Of a stretch of 32,000 bases of DNA, positions 1-9,481 are shown piece by piece. The translations under genes and the position numbers were made by a program. This stretch comes from Acidimicrobiales bacterium (lineage in GTDB: Bacteria; Actinomycetota; Acidimicrobiia; Acidimicrobiales; CATQHL01): assembly GCA_964291305.2 (NCBI GenBank), contig OZ219783.1, forward strand, positions 2,205,460 to 2,237,459, read 5' to 3'. The notes beneath the pieces are model-generated. The model worked only from the letters and a program-made list of their open reading frames with translations. It was not told the DNA's origin and made no database searches. The first letter of the stretch is position 1. Each line of letters begins with the position of its first letter.

Positions 1-552
1 ACCGAACTGCGCCTGGGCGGGCGGCTCTAGCGAACCGAAGGCGGCGCGGGCGCGAGTCGCCCAGGCTGCGGTGCGCTCAACTGCAGCCTGCACGACAGAC
101 CGCGGCGAGGGCAGCGGCGGGCACACATCCAACACCATGGCAATATCCGAGCCCAGCAGCACTTGCACTTCGGCAGCCCGCTCGGGGGTAAGCCGGTGGG
201 TACTGCCGTCGTAGGTGGACCGGAAGGTGGCTCCCGCGTCGTCCAGTTTGGGCTCCAAGCTCATGACCTGGTAGCCGCCGGAGTCGGTGAGAATGTGCCC
301 CGACCAGCCCATGAACCGGTGCAGGCCGCCGCGCTCAGCGATCAGTTCAGCGCCTGGGCGCAGCATCAGGTGATAGGTGTTAGCCAACACCACGTCGGCT
401 CCTATGTCCTCTAGATCGGTGCTGGTGAGCGTGCGCACGGCCCCGCGGGTACCTACCGGCATGAACGTCGGCGTGGCGAAGGATCCTCGCGGTGTGTGGA
501 CCCGTCCGGCGCGAGCCCGACCGCAGCGGGCGGTCTCGTGAAAGCTCAGCAT
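1..552 (-). CDS. tgt: queuine tRNA-ribosyltransferase (tRNA-guanine transglycosylase), N-terminal 184 codons; the 3' end runs off the window
   Basis: My own reverse-strand translation from the ATG at 552-550 reads MLSFHETARCGRARAGRVHTPRGSFATPTFMPVGTRGAVRTLTSTDLEDIGADVVLANTYHLMLRPG...FMGWSGHILTDSGGYQVMS and stays open to position 1. This is the canonical Tgt N-terminus. It lies 37 nt downstream of queA. Confidence 0.85.
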   Translation of the reverse strand, partial: MLSFHETARCGRARAGRVHTPRGSFATPTFMPVGTRGAVRTLTSTDLEDIGADVVLANTYHLMLRPGAELIAERGGLHRFMGWSGHILTDSGGYQVMSLEPKLDDAGATFRSTYDGSTHRLTPERAAEVQVLLGSDIAMVLDVCPPLPSPRSVVQAAVERTAAWATRARAAFGSLEPPAQAQFG

Positions 553-589
553 CGCTAAAACCTCAGCAGTACTACCTCAGTACCCAATC

Positions 590-1588
590 TCAGAGCCTGT
601 TTACCAGCATGGCGTCACCAAAAGAACCAAACCGGTAGCCCGACTCCAGGGCAATCTCATAGAGGTAGCGCCAGCGCTGGCCCACGAACGCCGCCAAGAG
701 GCTCAGCAGCGAAGAACGAGGCATGTGGAAGTTGGTGAGCAGTACGTCACTGACCTCGAAGGTGTAGCCAGGCCGGATGAATAAATCGCTGGATCCGCTC
801 AGCTCGCCACATGCCGCCGCAGTCTCCAGGGCTCGCACCACCGTTGTGCCAACCGCCACCACCCGGTTGGCCCGAGCACAGGCCGCCCAGGTTGCAGGCG
901 GAATCTCGTAGCGCTCGCAGTGCATCACGTGATCTTCGAGCCGCTCGGCAGTAATAGGGCGGAAGGTAGCGACACCAATTCCCAGATCTAGCGGTGCCAC
1001 GGTGATATCCGCCGCGGCAAGATCCGCCAACACTTGCTGGCTCAGATGCAGACCCGCGGTGGGGGCCGCCGCCGAACTGGGGCGCCGGGCATAGACAGTC
1101 TGGTAGCGCCCGGCGTTTACCGGGCGGTGGATGTAGGGCGGCAAAGGCACCTCGCCGAGTTCTTCTAGCAGTTCCAAGATGCTCCGATGAGCCAAAGCGG
1201 TTACCTGGCGCCGGCCATCGGGGTCGGCGTCCTCGACTTGCAGCACTTCCCGCCCGGCGCCGTCTAAAAGCATGGTCCCCGGAGGCACCCGACGGCCGGG
1301 ACGCACCAGGGCTTCGGCCCGAAGTTGCGGACCCGGGGTAGTCACTAACACCTCCACCTGTCCCCCTGTCGACTTGCGCAGCCGCAGACGGGCCGCGGCC
1401 ACGCGGCTGTCGTTGACCACCGCCACGTCGCCGGCGCACAGCAGATCGGGAAGATCCCGCACCCTGCAATGCCGCACCTCGTCGCCGTTAGCCCCGTCGA
1501 CCAGCAGCCGGGCATCGTGGCGAGGCTCGACGGGTTCCTGTGCTACCGACTCTGGTGGCAGCGGGTAGTCAAGTTTGCCAGTTCGCAT
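590..1588 (-). CDS. queA: S-adenosylmethionine:tRNA ribosyltransferase-isomerase
   Basis: 332-aa ORF with full-length QueA-like sequence (LDYPLPPESVAQEPVEPRHDARLL...LPPYI...TNFHMPRSSLL...GYRFGSFGDAMLV). Its ATG overlaps the ruvB stop (ATGA at 1588-1585). Confidence 0.9.
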   Translation of the reverse strand: MRTGKLDYPLPPESVAQEPVEPRHDARLLVDGANGDEVRHCRVRDLPDLLCAGDVAVVNDSRVAAARLRLRKSTGGQVEVLVTTPGPQLRAEALVRPGRRVPPGTMLLDGAGREVLQVEDADPDGRRQVTALAHRSILELLEELGEVPLPPYIHRPVNAGRYQTVYARRPSSAAAPTAGLHLSQQVLADLAAADITVAPLDLGIGVATFRPITAERLEDHVMHCERYEIPPATWAACARANRVVAVGTTVVRALETAAACGELSGSSDLFIRPGYTFEVSDVLLTNFHMPRSSLLSLLAAFVGQRWRYLYEIALESGYRFGSFGDAMLVNRL

Positions 1589-2679
1589 CAGTCGAACAGG
1601 CCAGGGGGCCTCTCTGGTTGGGTTCTCGGATCCTCCGCGGCGTCACTGAACCCTCCAGCGGGAGGCTGCTCGCTGGGCGGCTCCAGCCCTAGGTGCTCCC
1701 AGGCTGCCGGCATGGCCACGCGACCCCGCGGGGTACGCATTATCAGCCCCTGGGTAATCAGGAACGGCTCGTACACCTCCTCCAGGGTCTCGGGCGGTTC
1801 GCTGACACTGATAGCCAGCGTGGAGAGTCCAACAGGTCCCCCAGCGAAACTCTGGCAGAGGGCTTCTAGCACTGCCCGGTCCTGGCGATCCAGCCCTCGC
1901 TCATCTACACCAAAGACCTTCAGCGCTGCTTTGGCGGTTTCCTCGTTGATCCTGCCATCGCCCTCAACTTGGGCGAAGTCCCGCACTAGGCGTAGCAAGC
2001 GGTTGGCGATCCGAGGCGTGCCACGAGCTCGTCGGGAGATCTCTGCGGCGGCACCTGATGTGATGTCCACCCCCAGGATCCCAGCTGAACGCACCACAAT
2101 CTGTTGGAGTTCACTGGGAGGGTAGAAGTCCAGCCGAGCTGTGAAACCAAAACGGTCGCGCAGTGGGCCAGTAATCATAGAGACCCGAGTTGTGGCGCCG
2201 ATCAGGGTAAAACGAGGCAGGGCGAGGGGGATCGAACGGGCGGCCGGCCCTTTGCCCAGCACGATGTCTACCCTGAAGTCCTCCATCGCGGGGTAGAGGA
2301 CCTCCTCCACAGCTCGGTTCAGCCGGTGAATCTCGTCGATAAAAAGTATGTCGCCTTCGCCGAGTTTGGTCAGGATCGCTGCTAGGTCGCCCGCCCGCTC
2401 CAACGCCGGACCCGAGGTGGTCTGCTGCACCACTCCCATCTCTGTAGCCACAATCCCGGCCAGGGTGGTCTTGCCTAAACCCGGCGGACCAGCGAACAAA
2501 AGATGCTCGGTGGTCTGAGCCCGTTTGCGGGCGGCACCGCAGATGATGCCGAGATGACGCTTCAACTCGGTCTGACCCACGAAGTCCGCTAGCCGCGACG
2601 GCCGGATACCCAACTGGTCGGCATCCTCTTGGTGCCGCTCGGCAGCGTCAGCTTCGGCCGCTAGCACCTCGGTCCGCAT
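1588..2679 (-). CDS. ruvB: Holliday junction branch migration helicase RuvB
   Basis: 363-aa ORF with Walker [18 protein letters not shown] and RuvB-typical flanking sequence. It lies downstream of ruvA. Confidence 0.95.
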   Translation of the reverse strand: MRTEVLAAEADAAERHQEDADQLGIRPSRLADFVGQTELKRHLGIICGAARKRAQTTEHLLFAGPPGLGKTTLAGIVATEMGVVQQTTSGPALERAGDLAAILTKLGEGDILFIDEIHRLNRAVEEVLYPAMEDFRVDIVLGKGPAARSIPLALPRFTLIGATTRVSMITGPLRDRFGFTARLDFYPPSELQQIVVRSAGILGVDITSGAAAEISRRARGTPRIANRLLRLVRDFAQVEGDGRINEETAKAALKVFGVDERGLDRQDRAVLEALCQSFAGGPVGLSTLAISVSEPPETLEEVYEPFLITQGLIMRTPRGRVAMPAAWEHLGLEPPSEQPPAGGFSDAAEDPRTQPERPPGLFD

Positions 2680-2691
2680 CGCCTGGTCCTG

Positions 2692-3291
2692 CTAACGGGA
2701 GCCGGTCAACCGCGCTAGAGCCTGGCGCAGCAGCTCCGAAACATCGCCTTGTGTTGGCAGGCCTGCCAGCGTGCGATTTACCTCATCGTCGCGATACCCC
2801 AACTGGCCCAGTGCTGCCCGCAAGTCGCGGTGGACATCCCCGGCGGACTCCTCGCCGCCGGCTGGCGCAGCGGTAGCGGCAAACTCTGATACCCCTAGAC
2901 GGGCCTGAAGCTCAACTAGCAGCCGTTGCGCAGTCTTGGCTCCGACGCCGGGCACCATACAGAGCGCATCAATGTCGCCGTTTGCCAGAACCTGCTGCAG
3001 CGCTAGGGGGTCGTGGGTGGCGAGAATGGACAGCGCCAGACTGGGCCCCACGCGGTTGGCGCCCAGGATTGCCTCGAAGCAGCGCAACTCGGTAGGTGTC
3101 GAGAAGCCATACAGCGTCTCAGCGTCCTCGCGCAGATGGTGATGCACGAATAGCCTCACCTCGCTGCCCAGTTGGCCAACGGTACGTAGCGTGGCCTCCC
3201 CCACTGTGACCCGGTAGCCGATACCACTCACCTCCACGAGCAGCTCGCTGAGGTGGCGATCCAGCAGACGACCACGAAGCGAGCCGATCAC
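2692..3291 (-). CDS. ruvA: Holliday junction DNA helicase subunit RuvA
   Basis: The ORF is open to 3339, but the conserved N-terminus (V)IGSLRGRL starts at the GTG at 3291. That GTG overlaps the ruvC stop (GTGA). This gives 199 aa, typical for RuvA. Confidence 0.9.
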   Translation of the reverse strand: MIGSLRGRLLDRHLSELLVEVSGIGYRVTVGEATLRTVGQLGSEVRLFVHHHLREDAETLYGFSTPTELRCFEAILGANRVGPSLALSILATHDPLALQQVLANGDIDALCMVPGVGAKTAQRLLVELQARLGVSEFAATAAPAGGEESAGDVHRDLRAALGQLGYRDDEVNRTLAGLPTQGDVSELLRQALARLTGSR

Positions 3292-3782
3292 CGCGCCGCT
3301 TGGAACTTGGCCGAGAATGGTGAGCGCGCCAGGTGGCACAGCGCCACCGCGGCAGCATCGGAGACATCGGCGGGGCGCAACGGCTCGGCTAGGCCCAGCA
3401 GCATCTGCACCATCTGTGTCACCTGCTCCTTCGTGGCCGCTCCGTCCCCGCAGACAGCCTGTTTGACTTGGTTGGGCGAGTATTCCACCACCTCGCAGCT
3501 AGCGGCCACCGCTTCGGCCATTATCACACCGGCAGCCTGCCCCACAGCCATCGCCGTGCGCACATTGACCTGAAAGAGCACTCGCTCCAGCGCCACCACT
3601 GCCGGGGTCAGTTCAGCTAGCAGACCTCGGACTTCAAGCTGTAGCGTCGCCAGGCGCTGAGGAACTGGCTCGCCCGGAGTGGTAGTGAGCACACCAGCGG
3701 CCAGCGCCCGGGGGGTGGAACTCCCCGCCAGGCAACTGTAACCACAGCGCGAAAGTCCGGGATCTATACCAAGAACAAACAC
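3288..3782 (-). CDS. ruvC: crossover junction endodeoxyribonuclease RuvC
   Basis: The conserved start (V)FVLGIDPGLSRCGY sits at the GTG at 3782, 10 nt after the yebC stop. The longer ORF to 3863 would overlap yebC. This gives 164 aa. Confidence 0.88.
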   Translation of the reverse strand: MFVLGIDPGLSRCGYSCLAGSSTPRALAAGVLTTTPGEPVPQRLATLQLEVRGLLAELTPAVVALERVLFQVNVRTAMAVGQAAGVIMAEAVAASCEVVEYSPNQVKQAVCGDGAATKEQVTQMVQMLLGLAEPLRPADVSDAAAVALCHLARSPFSAKFQAAR

Positions 3783-3792
3783 TCGTATGAGA

Positions 3793-4548
3793 CTAGACCG
3801 CTGCCGCCGCTTGCTCGAGGATTTCGTCAGAGATATCGAAGTTGGCGAACACGTCCTGCACATCGTCGTGATCGTCTAGTTCGCCGAAAAGCCTTAGCAC
3901 TGCCCGGGCCTGCTCCGACGATGCAACAGGCACTACCTGCGTAGGCAGCATGGTGGATTCGGCGCTTTCTACTTCAATGTCGGCCTCGGCTAGGGCTGCG
4001 TTCAGTTGAGCTAAGTCGCTCGGCGGGCAGGTGACTCGCCAGCTGTCACCCTCATCGAGGATGTCCTCAGCGCCAGCCTCTAAGGCTGCCAACATCAACT
4101 GCTCCTCATCTACCGAGCGCGACACCGAGATAACCCCGCTGCGGCGGAACTGCCAAGCAACTGCACCCGGCTCGGCCAGCGACCCGCCGTGGCTGCGAAA
4201 CAGGGCTCTAACTTCCGAACTTGTGCGGTTGCGGTTGTCGGTCAGCACTTCCACCAACAGGGCTACACCGGCTTGGGCGTAGCCCTCGTAGGTAACCGGC
4301 TCGTAGGCGACCCCCTCCAGCTCCCCCGTCCCGCGTTTGATGGCCCGCTCGATGGTCTCCAGCGGCACTGAGGCGTCGCGCGCCTTCTGGTACATGGTTC
4401 GCAGCGTGGGGTTGGCGTCCAGATCGCCGCCGCCGGCACGGGCAGCTACCTCTACCTGCCGGATGAGGCGAGCAAAGAGCTTCCCCCGGCGCTTATCAGC
4501 GGCGCCCTTGCGGTGTTTGATGGTGGCCCATTTGGAGTGGCCAGACAC
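3793..4548 (-). CDS. yebC: YebC/PmpR family DNA-binding transcriptional regulator
   Basis: The canonical N-terminus (V)SGHSKWATIKHRKG begins at the GTG at 4548, which shares 1 nt with the pdxT TAG stop (TAGTG). This gives 251 aa. The 282-aa track ORF is an upstream in-frame extension. Confidence 0.9.
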   Translation of the reverse strand: MSGHSKWATIKHRKGAADKRRGKLFARLIRQVEVAARAGGGDLDANPTLRTMYQKARDASVPLETIERAIKRGTGELEGVAYEPVTYEGYAQAGVALLVEVLTDNRNRTSSEVRALFRSHGGSLAEPGAVAWQFRRSGVISVSRSVDEEQLMLAALEAGAEDILDEGDSWRVTCPPSDLAQLNAALAEADIEVESAESTMLPTQVVPVASSEQARAVLRLFGELDDHDDVQDVFANFDISDEILEQAAAAV

Positions 4549-5120
4549 TACGAACTCTCCTCGCAGAACAACTGGTGCAGGCGCAGATCGCCCGACAACT
4601 CGGGATGGAAAGTACAGCCCCAGGCGTGACCCTGCCGGCACAGAACCGGATGGCCGTCCAAGCTGGCAAGGACTTGAACACCGGCTCCGACGTTTTCCAC
4701 AATCGGCGAACGGATAAAGATCGCCGTCATAGGCGGCGGGCCGAGAGCAGCCACCGCCAGCGGGGCCTCGAAAGACTCGGTCTGGGGTCCGTAGGCGTTG
4801 CGGCGAGCTCGGATGTCCAAAGCGCCGAAGCAGCGCTGATCGGCGCGCCCGTCACTGATCTCAGCCGCTAGCAGCAGCAGCCCGGCGCAGGTGCCCAGCA
4901 CTGGCATGCCAGCAGCCAGGCGCTTGCCCAAGGGCTCGGCGAGACCGGCAGCATCCAGCATCATCGACATCGTCGTGGATTCGCCGCCGGGCAGGATTAG
5001 GCGGTCTACGCCGTCTAGCTCGCCGGGACGTCGCACCGCTACAGCGCTTACCCCAATCTGACCTAGCGCGGTGAGGTGAAGATCAGCGGCGCCCTGCAGC
5101 GCCAGCACGCCGACGGACAC
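4548..5120 (-). CDS. pdxT: pyridoxal 5'-phosphate synthase glutaminase subunit PdxT
   Basis: (V)SVGVLALQGA..LILPGGESTT..GTCAGLLLLA..FHPE match class I glutamine amidotransferase/PdxT motifs. The GTG at 5120 is preceded by GAGAGGA and lies 10 nt after the pdxS stop. Confidence 0.88.
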   Translation of the reverse strand: MSVGVLALQGAADLHLTALGQIGVSAVAVRRPGELDGVDRLILPGGESTTMSMMLDAAGLAEPLGKRLAAGMPVLGTCAGLLLLAAEISDGRADQRCFGALDIRARRNAYGPQTESFEAPLAVAALGPPPMTAIFIRSPIVENVGAGVQVLASLDGHPVLCRQGHAWGCTFHPELSGDLRLHQLFCEESS

Positions 5121-5130
5121 CGGCGTCCTC

Positions 5131-6069
5131 TCACCAACCCCGCTCGGCCAGCCGAGTCTCCAGGCCACCGAGTTCTAGACCCGGCATTGCTTCGCCCAAC
5201 CCGCGGCTGACCTTCAACAGGATGGCGGGATCGTCGAAGTTGGTGGTCGCCTCTACGACCGCCTTTGCTCGAGCCGACGGATTGTCACTCTTGAAGATGC
5301 CCGAGCCCACGAATACGGCCTCTGCCCCCAGTTGCATGACCAACGAGGCGTCAGCAGGCGTGGCCACGCCGCCGGCGCAGAACAGCGGCACGGGCAGGCG
5401 GCCAGTCTCGGAAATCTGGCGTACCAGCGCCACCGGCGCTTGCAGCCGCTTAGCCCAGTCGTACAACTCAGCGCCGTCAGCGGTGGTGATCCGGCGGATG
5501 TCGCCGGTGATGGAGCGCAGGTGGCGCACCGCCTCGATGATGTTGCCCGTCCCGGCTTCACCCTTGGAACGGATCATGGCTGCGCCTTCGGAGATCCGCC
5601 TGAGGGCTTCGCCGAGGTTGGTAGCGCCGCACACGAAGGGCACCGTGAACTGCCACTTGTCGATGTGGTGGGCCTCGTCGGCAGGCGTCAGCACCTCGCT
5701 CTCGTCGATGTAGTCCACGCCGAGGGCCTCTAGCACTTGCGCTTCGGCAAAGTGGCCGATGCGAGCCTTGGCCATGACTGGAATGGTGACCGCCTCAACA
5801 ATGGATTCGATGATCTCCGGGGGGCTCATGCGCGCCACGCCGCCATCGCGGCGAATGTCTGCCGGTACCCGCTCCAGCGCCATGACCGCCACCGCCCCAG
5901 CGTCCTCAGCGATACGAGCGTGCTCGGAAGTGACAACATCCATGATGACGCCGCGCCTTAGCATCTCGGCGAGACCGCGCTTGACACGCATGGTGCCCTG
6001 CGCACGCTCCTGCGGCGGCTCGGCTAGATGGGTGGAAGCTTCGGCGGGATCGATGGCTGCAGAGGTCAT
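5131..6069 (-). CDS. pdxS: pyridoxal 5'-phosphate synthase lyase subunit PdxS
   Basis: Strong PdxS similarity ([55 protein letters not shown]). I chose the ATG at 6069 (MTSAAIDP...). The ORF is open to 6159, so the start is uncertain. Confidence 0.92.
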   Translation of the reverse strand: MTSAAIDPAEASTHLAEPPQERAQGTMRVKRGLAEMLRRGVIMDVVTSEHARIAEDAGAVAVMALERVPADIRRDGGVARMSPPEIIESIVEAVTIPVMAKARIGHFAEAQVLEALGVDYIDESEVLTPADEAHHIDKWQFTVPFVCGATNLGEALRRISEGAAMIRSKGEAGTGNIIEAVRHLRSITGDIRRITTADGAELYDWAKRLQAPVALVRQISETGRLPVPLFCAGGVATPADASLVMQLGAEAVFVGSGIFKSDNPSARAKAVVEATTNFDDPAILLKVSRGLGEAMPGLELGGLETRLAERGW

Positions 6070-6123
6070 AGGCCAAGTGTATGACCCGCCGCCTCGGTCA
6101 CGGGCGGCGAGGGACAAGGCTAG

Positions 6124-6149
6124 GGACAATATGCCGCTGGGGCAGCGGC
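6124..6149 (-). terminator. candidate intrinsic terminator between the M48-like gene and pdxS
   Basis: On the minus strand: GCCGCT-gcccc-AGCGGC (6-bp GC stem, 6149-6133) followed directly by AUAUUGU (6132-6126). It starts 15 nt after the stop at 6164 and is the only sizeable gap (94 nt) in the 14.5-kb gene train. Confidence 0.3.
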
Positions 6150-6163
6150 GGGTGCCCACCCAC

Positions 6164-6805
6164 TCAGAGGTCGCTCAGGAAGGTGATTCGATCCTCGAGG
6201 CGTACTCGCAGACTGCCCGGACCGAGAGCCTCATGCATCCAGAGGTGGCGTATCGCCGGTGAACGACGGCGCAGCCCCGCGGCACTCTCACCCATGCGCG
6301 CCAGCGCGCCCATCAAGCCCGGCGGAAACCGGGTCAGCTTCGCCGCGCTGACATCAACTGCCACAACCCGGGCAGCGTCCAGTCGACGTGAAGCCCATAC
6401 TGCCCCCACCGGGCCGCCTAGCAGCGCCAAAGCACACAGATTGGTGTCCCGGCGAGCGGTACCGTCGGCGATACGCGCCAGCAGGTGCGCCAGGGTTCCC
6501 TCCAGCTCGGTGGGGGCCATCTGGGCCAGCAAACCAGAGGTAACAGCAATGGTTGCACTGCGAGGACCTCGCCCGTAGGCCAGTGCGCCGCACGCCTCGT
6601 CGTCAATCACCGCCAACTGCGGGACCGACAGACCGGCACCGAGACACAAAGCCTCTAAATACACCTCTGCGCGTTCGGCTTCTGCTGACGCCGGAGGCCG
6701 CGCCCCGGCCAGAGCGGTCACGAGGCGGCCCGCCCCCAAAGCGCCAGCTGTGAACAGCAATATCAACGCGCCTAGGACTACCAAAACCACGATTAGCGTC
6801 ATCAC
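6164..6805 (-). CDS. membrane-anchored M48 (HtpX-like) peptidase homologue with a degenerate active site
   Basis: 213-aa ORF with an N-terminal hydrophobic helix. [39 protein letters not shown] resembles the M48 NAFATG...HExxH region but reads HLLAR. The C-terminal LEDRITFL resembles the M48 C-terminal motif. The start overlaps the pimA stop. Confidence 0.6.
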   Translation of the reverse strand: MMTLIVVLVVLGALILLFTAGALGAGRLVTALAGARPPASAEAERAEVYLEALCLGAGLSVPQLAVIDDEACGALAYGRGPRSATIAVTSGLLAQMAPTELEGTLAHLLARIADGTARRDTNLCALALLGGPVGAVWASRRLDAARVVAVDVSAAKLTRFPPGLMGALARMGESAAGLRRRSPAIRHLWMHEALGPGSLRVRLEDRITFLSDL

Positions 6806-7863
6806 TGCAGAACCTCGGAGTAAACGGCCTCATAGCGCTCGGCCAGGCGATCCATAGAGAACTGCTCTGCTCGTTCGATGCCACGAGCTACTAAGTCACC
6901 GGGGGTGGCAAGTACCGACCGGAGCGCGCTGGCCAGGCGCTCGGCATCTCCGGCGGGCACCAGCGAGGCCTCTATCCCCGGTCGCGCCACCCGGGTGTAG
7001 CCCGGAATGTCGCTAGCCACGATGGCCGTCTCGGCAGCCATCGCCTCGAGCAAAACCACGCCAAAGGACTCTCCGCGCAACGACGGGGCGCAGAACACAT
7101 CAGCCCCGCGGAGGTAGCTGATCTTCTCCTCCTCGCTGAGGCGGCCTAGCCACCTGATGCGACTGTCGCCCGCTGTGCGCCGCTTCAGAGTCTCGGTCTG
7201 CGGCCCCTCGCCCCCCACCCAAAGCACCAGATCAGCCGGCAGGCGCCTCATAGCCGCTAGCAGCACGGCGAGCCCTTTGCGCGGCTCGTGGCGGCCTACA
7301 AAGAAGATCGTGGGCCCTTGCGTGGGATGCGGCTTGGTCTGGCGAAAACGTTCAACCGGCACGCCGTTGAACAGCACTTCGTAGCTACCACCCAAGTGAC
7401 GGCGAGCCAAGTTAGCAGCCTCAGTTGACACCGCGCCTCGCCAATCCAAGCGGTTGCAGACCCAGCGCAGCACCGGCGAGACGTTCTCGTAGGCCACCGA
7501 CCCGCCGGCGGCGTGAAAGGTGGCAACCAGCGGAGCGCGCTTGGACACCAGCGCTGCCAGAGAGGGGGCGGGCACCAACGGCTCGTGCACGTGCAGCAGA
7601 TCGAAGCGCTGATCTCGCAGCACGGCGTAGCTGCGCTGAAACGCAGGGATGTCGAAGGCGATCGGAGCGAAAGAACCGTTAGCGGCAATAAACAACGAGT
7701 TCCCGATCGGGATGATGTCAGGCTCGGGCGGCGGGCCGTCGCAGGGTCCCAGCAGACTCACCGACACACCCCGCCGCCGGAGAGCGCGTGCCAGGTACAA
7801 AGCCTGCATCTGCACACCGCCGGGAAGCGTGAAGCTGTAGGGGCTGATCATCCCCACGCGCAT
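6802..7863 (-). CDS. pimA: GDP-mannose-dependent phosphatidylinositol alpha-mannosyltransferase (GT4)
   Basis: MRVGMISPYSFTLPGGVQ...FVGRHEPRKGLAVLL...GESFGVVLLEAMAA closely parallels mycobacterial PimA as I recall it. It shows the conserved synteny with pgsA and the acyltransferase. An alternative GTG start lies at 7872. Confidence 0.88.
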   Translation of the reverse strand: MRVGMISPYSFTLPGGVQMQALYLARALRRRGVSVSLLGPCDGPPPEPDIIPIGNSLFIAANGSFAPIAFDIPAFQRSYAVLRDQRFDLLHVHEPLVPAPSLAALVSKRAPLVATFHAAGGSVAYENVSPVLRWVCNRLDWRGAVSTEAANLARRHLGGSYEVLFNGVPVERFRQTKPHPTQGPTIFFVGRHEPRKGLAVLLAAMRRLPADLVLWVGGEGPQTETLKRRTAGDSRIRWLGRLSEEEKISYLRGADVFCAPSLRGESFGVVLLEAMAAETAIVASDIPGYTRVARPGIEASLVPAGDAERLASALRSVLATPGDLVARGIERAEQFSMDRLAERYEAVYSEVLQ

Positions 7864-7873
7864 GGAGTTCACG

Positions 7874-8938
7874 CTAGCGGGAGAGCGTGCCGGCTGAGGC
7901 TAAGGACCGCTTGGCGAAGAGAGCTACCGCAGCCCGGTCGCTTGGCCAGTTGGGCTGCATAAGGTGCCACTGCGTGGGGTCAGGTCGGATCATTTCCTCG
8001 AGCAAGTGTGCCACTTCTTGGGTGGTCTCAGCCACCACCTGGCGCAGGCGACCGTCCCGGCGAACCACTATTGGCGGGTAGGTGACAGCGTGGTGTTTAC
8101 CGTTACGGCTGTGCACAACCACACCCACTATGGGTGATCCGGTGCGCCGAGCTAGCACTGCGGCTCCGCCCGGCAGCGTGGTGCGCTCGCCGAAAAAATC
8201 CACCTCCACACCACCTCCACCGATGTCCCGATCGGTGAGCAAGCAGACCACGTGGCCCTCATGGAGTGCCTGCGTGAGAGCACCGAGCGCCTCAGGTCCC
8301 GCCGTCACAATCTCCATGCCGATCCGGCGACGGAACCGCTGCATCCAGGCAAAAAGCTCTGGGTGCTGAATTGGCTCCACCACCGCTGTGACCTTGACCC
8401 CGGGGCGCTCGGCCAACCACACCCCTGCCCACTCCCAGCTGCCAACATGCGGTAAAACCAAGATGGCGCCGGGTCCGACGCGCAGGGCATCGGAGATGTT
8501 GTCGTACCCCTCAAAGGTGAAACCGGCGTCTACTTGCTCGGGAGAAGCGGCCGCCAGACGAGCACAGTCCACGTAGTAGCGGCCGTAGGCCACGAAGGTG
8601 TCCCGCACGGCCCGACGCAGCGCAGCGGAATCGAGCGGCGCTGCACCGGCAGCGGTTCGCCGCAAGTTGCGCTCCACAATCAGGCGCTGCTGGCTGTTCC
8701 GGCGCGCCAAGCCACCAGCCAGCAGGCGGGTGCCGCCGTTGACTAGCCAATCCGGCAGGCGCGGCAACAAGGTCGCACCAAGGCGGTACTGCTCCAGCAC
8801 CAGGCGTTGTTGTAGCCGCTTGCGCAAGTCGACAAGGAGGCGCACGACTGGACTCAGAACGACTCGGCTCAGAATTGTCGCCAGATCTTGGCGAAACGCT
8901 GAACGACCGTGACCAAAGTAAGACCTAGCAGCACCCAC
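7874..8938 (-). CDS. patA: phosphatidylinositol mannoside acyltransferase (LpxL/HtrB-type lysophospholipid acyltransferase family)
   Basis: LPHVGSWEW (HxxxxE/D acyltransferase motif) and a position between pgsA and pimA, as for Rv2611c. The start is uncertain: the ATG at 8938 overlaps pgsA by 70 nt, and a GTG at 8845 is an alternative. Confidence 0.78.
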   Translation of the reverse strand: MGAARSYFGHGRSAFRQDLATILSRVVLSPVVRLLVDLRKRLQQRLVLEQYRLGATLLPRLPDWLVNGGTRLLAGGLARRNSQQRLIVERNLRRTAAGAAPLDSAALRRAVRDTFVAYGRYYVDCARLAAASPEQVDAGFTFEGYDNISDALRVGPGAILVLPHVGSWEWAGVWLAERPGVKVTAVVEPIQHPELFAWMQRFRRRIGMEIVTAGPEALGALTQALHEGHVVCLLTDRDIGGGGVEVDFFGERTTLPGGAAVLARRTGSPIVGVVVHSRNGKHHAVTYPPIVVRRDGRLRQVVAETTQEVAHLLEEMIRPDPTQWHLMQPNWPSDRAAVALFAKRSLASAGTLSR

Positions 8939-9438
8939 AACACATATGCCAGCCAGTCAGGTATCAGCAGTCCAAAGCACAGCACCACGAACCGCTCAGC
9001 GCGTTCCATTAGACCGCCGCGAGCTTCGAGCCCCAAAGACTCAGCCTTGGCCCTCAGATATGAAACGAACTGACCCGAGGCCAGCACGGCTACAGGCAGC
9101 ATTGCCAGCACGCCGTCGTCCAGCAACCGGTAGCTGAGGGCGCCAAGGATCAGCGTGTCCGAAATCCGGTCGGACACCGAGTCCAAGAAGGCACCGCGAG
9201 TGCTGGTTGTGCCGGCGGCCTTCGCAACCGGACCGTCTAGCAAGTCGCCGAGGCCACAGAGCACGATAAAGCTGAACGCCAGCCCAAACCGGTCGATCAC
9301 CACCATGGCCGCGGTGGTCGCCGAGGCCGCCACGCCTAACAGCGTGACGTGATCAGCGCGCACGCCGAGGCGCCACAGCGTCTTTCCGATTGGGACGACC
9401 ACACGGTCTACGCCGACCCGCCAGCGGCCGTCGAACAC
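8869..9438 (-). CDS. pgsA: CDP-alcohol phosphatidyltransferase, phosphatidylinositol phosphate synthase type
   Basis: The CDP-alcohol phosphatidyltransferase signature GDLLDGPVAKAAG...GAFLDSVSDRISD is present in a polytopic hydrophobic protein. It is syntenic with patA/pimA. Confidence 0.88.
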   Translation of the reverse strand: MFDGRWRVGVDRVVVPIGKTLWRLGVRADHVTLLGVAASATTAAMVVIDRFGLAFSFIVLCGLGDLLDGPVAKAAGTTSTRGAFLDSVSDRISDTLILGALSYRLLDDGVLAMLPVAVLASGQFVSYLRAKAESLGLEARGGLMERAERFVVLCFGLLIPDWLAYVLWVLLGLTLVTVVQRFAKIWRQF

Positions 9439-9481
9439 GATCCCGCCGGCTTGCTAGTCGTCGCCGGGGCGGGCCGGCTGG

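Noticed and set aside
747-2125. Long ORFs overlapping queA and ruvB in other frames or on the opposite strand (747..1469 minus, 1272..1568 plus, 1469..2125 plus)
   Set aside because: The translations are Arg/Pro/Gly/Ser-rich and low in complexity. They are fully nested in genes with strong homology-type signatures. This is the expected stop-codon depletion of high-GC DNA.
3793-4641. Extended N-termini on yebC (282 aa), ruvC (191 aa), ruvA (215 aa), pdxS (342 aa), the acyl-CoA ligase (541 aa) and the dehydrogenase (376 aa) in the ORF track
   Set aside because: In each case the family-typical N-terminus starts at an internal ATG/GTG, with an SD or with stop-start coupling. The upstream extension overlaps the neighbouring gene.
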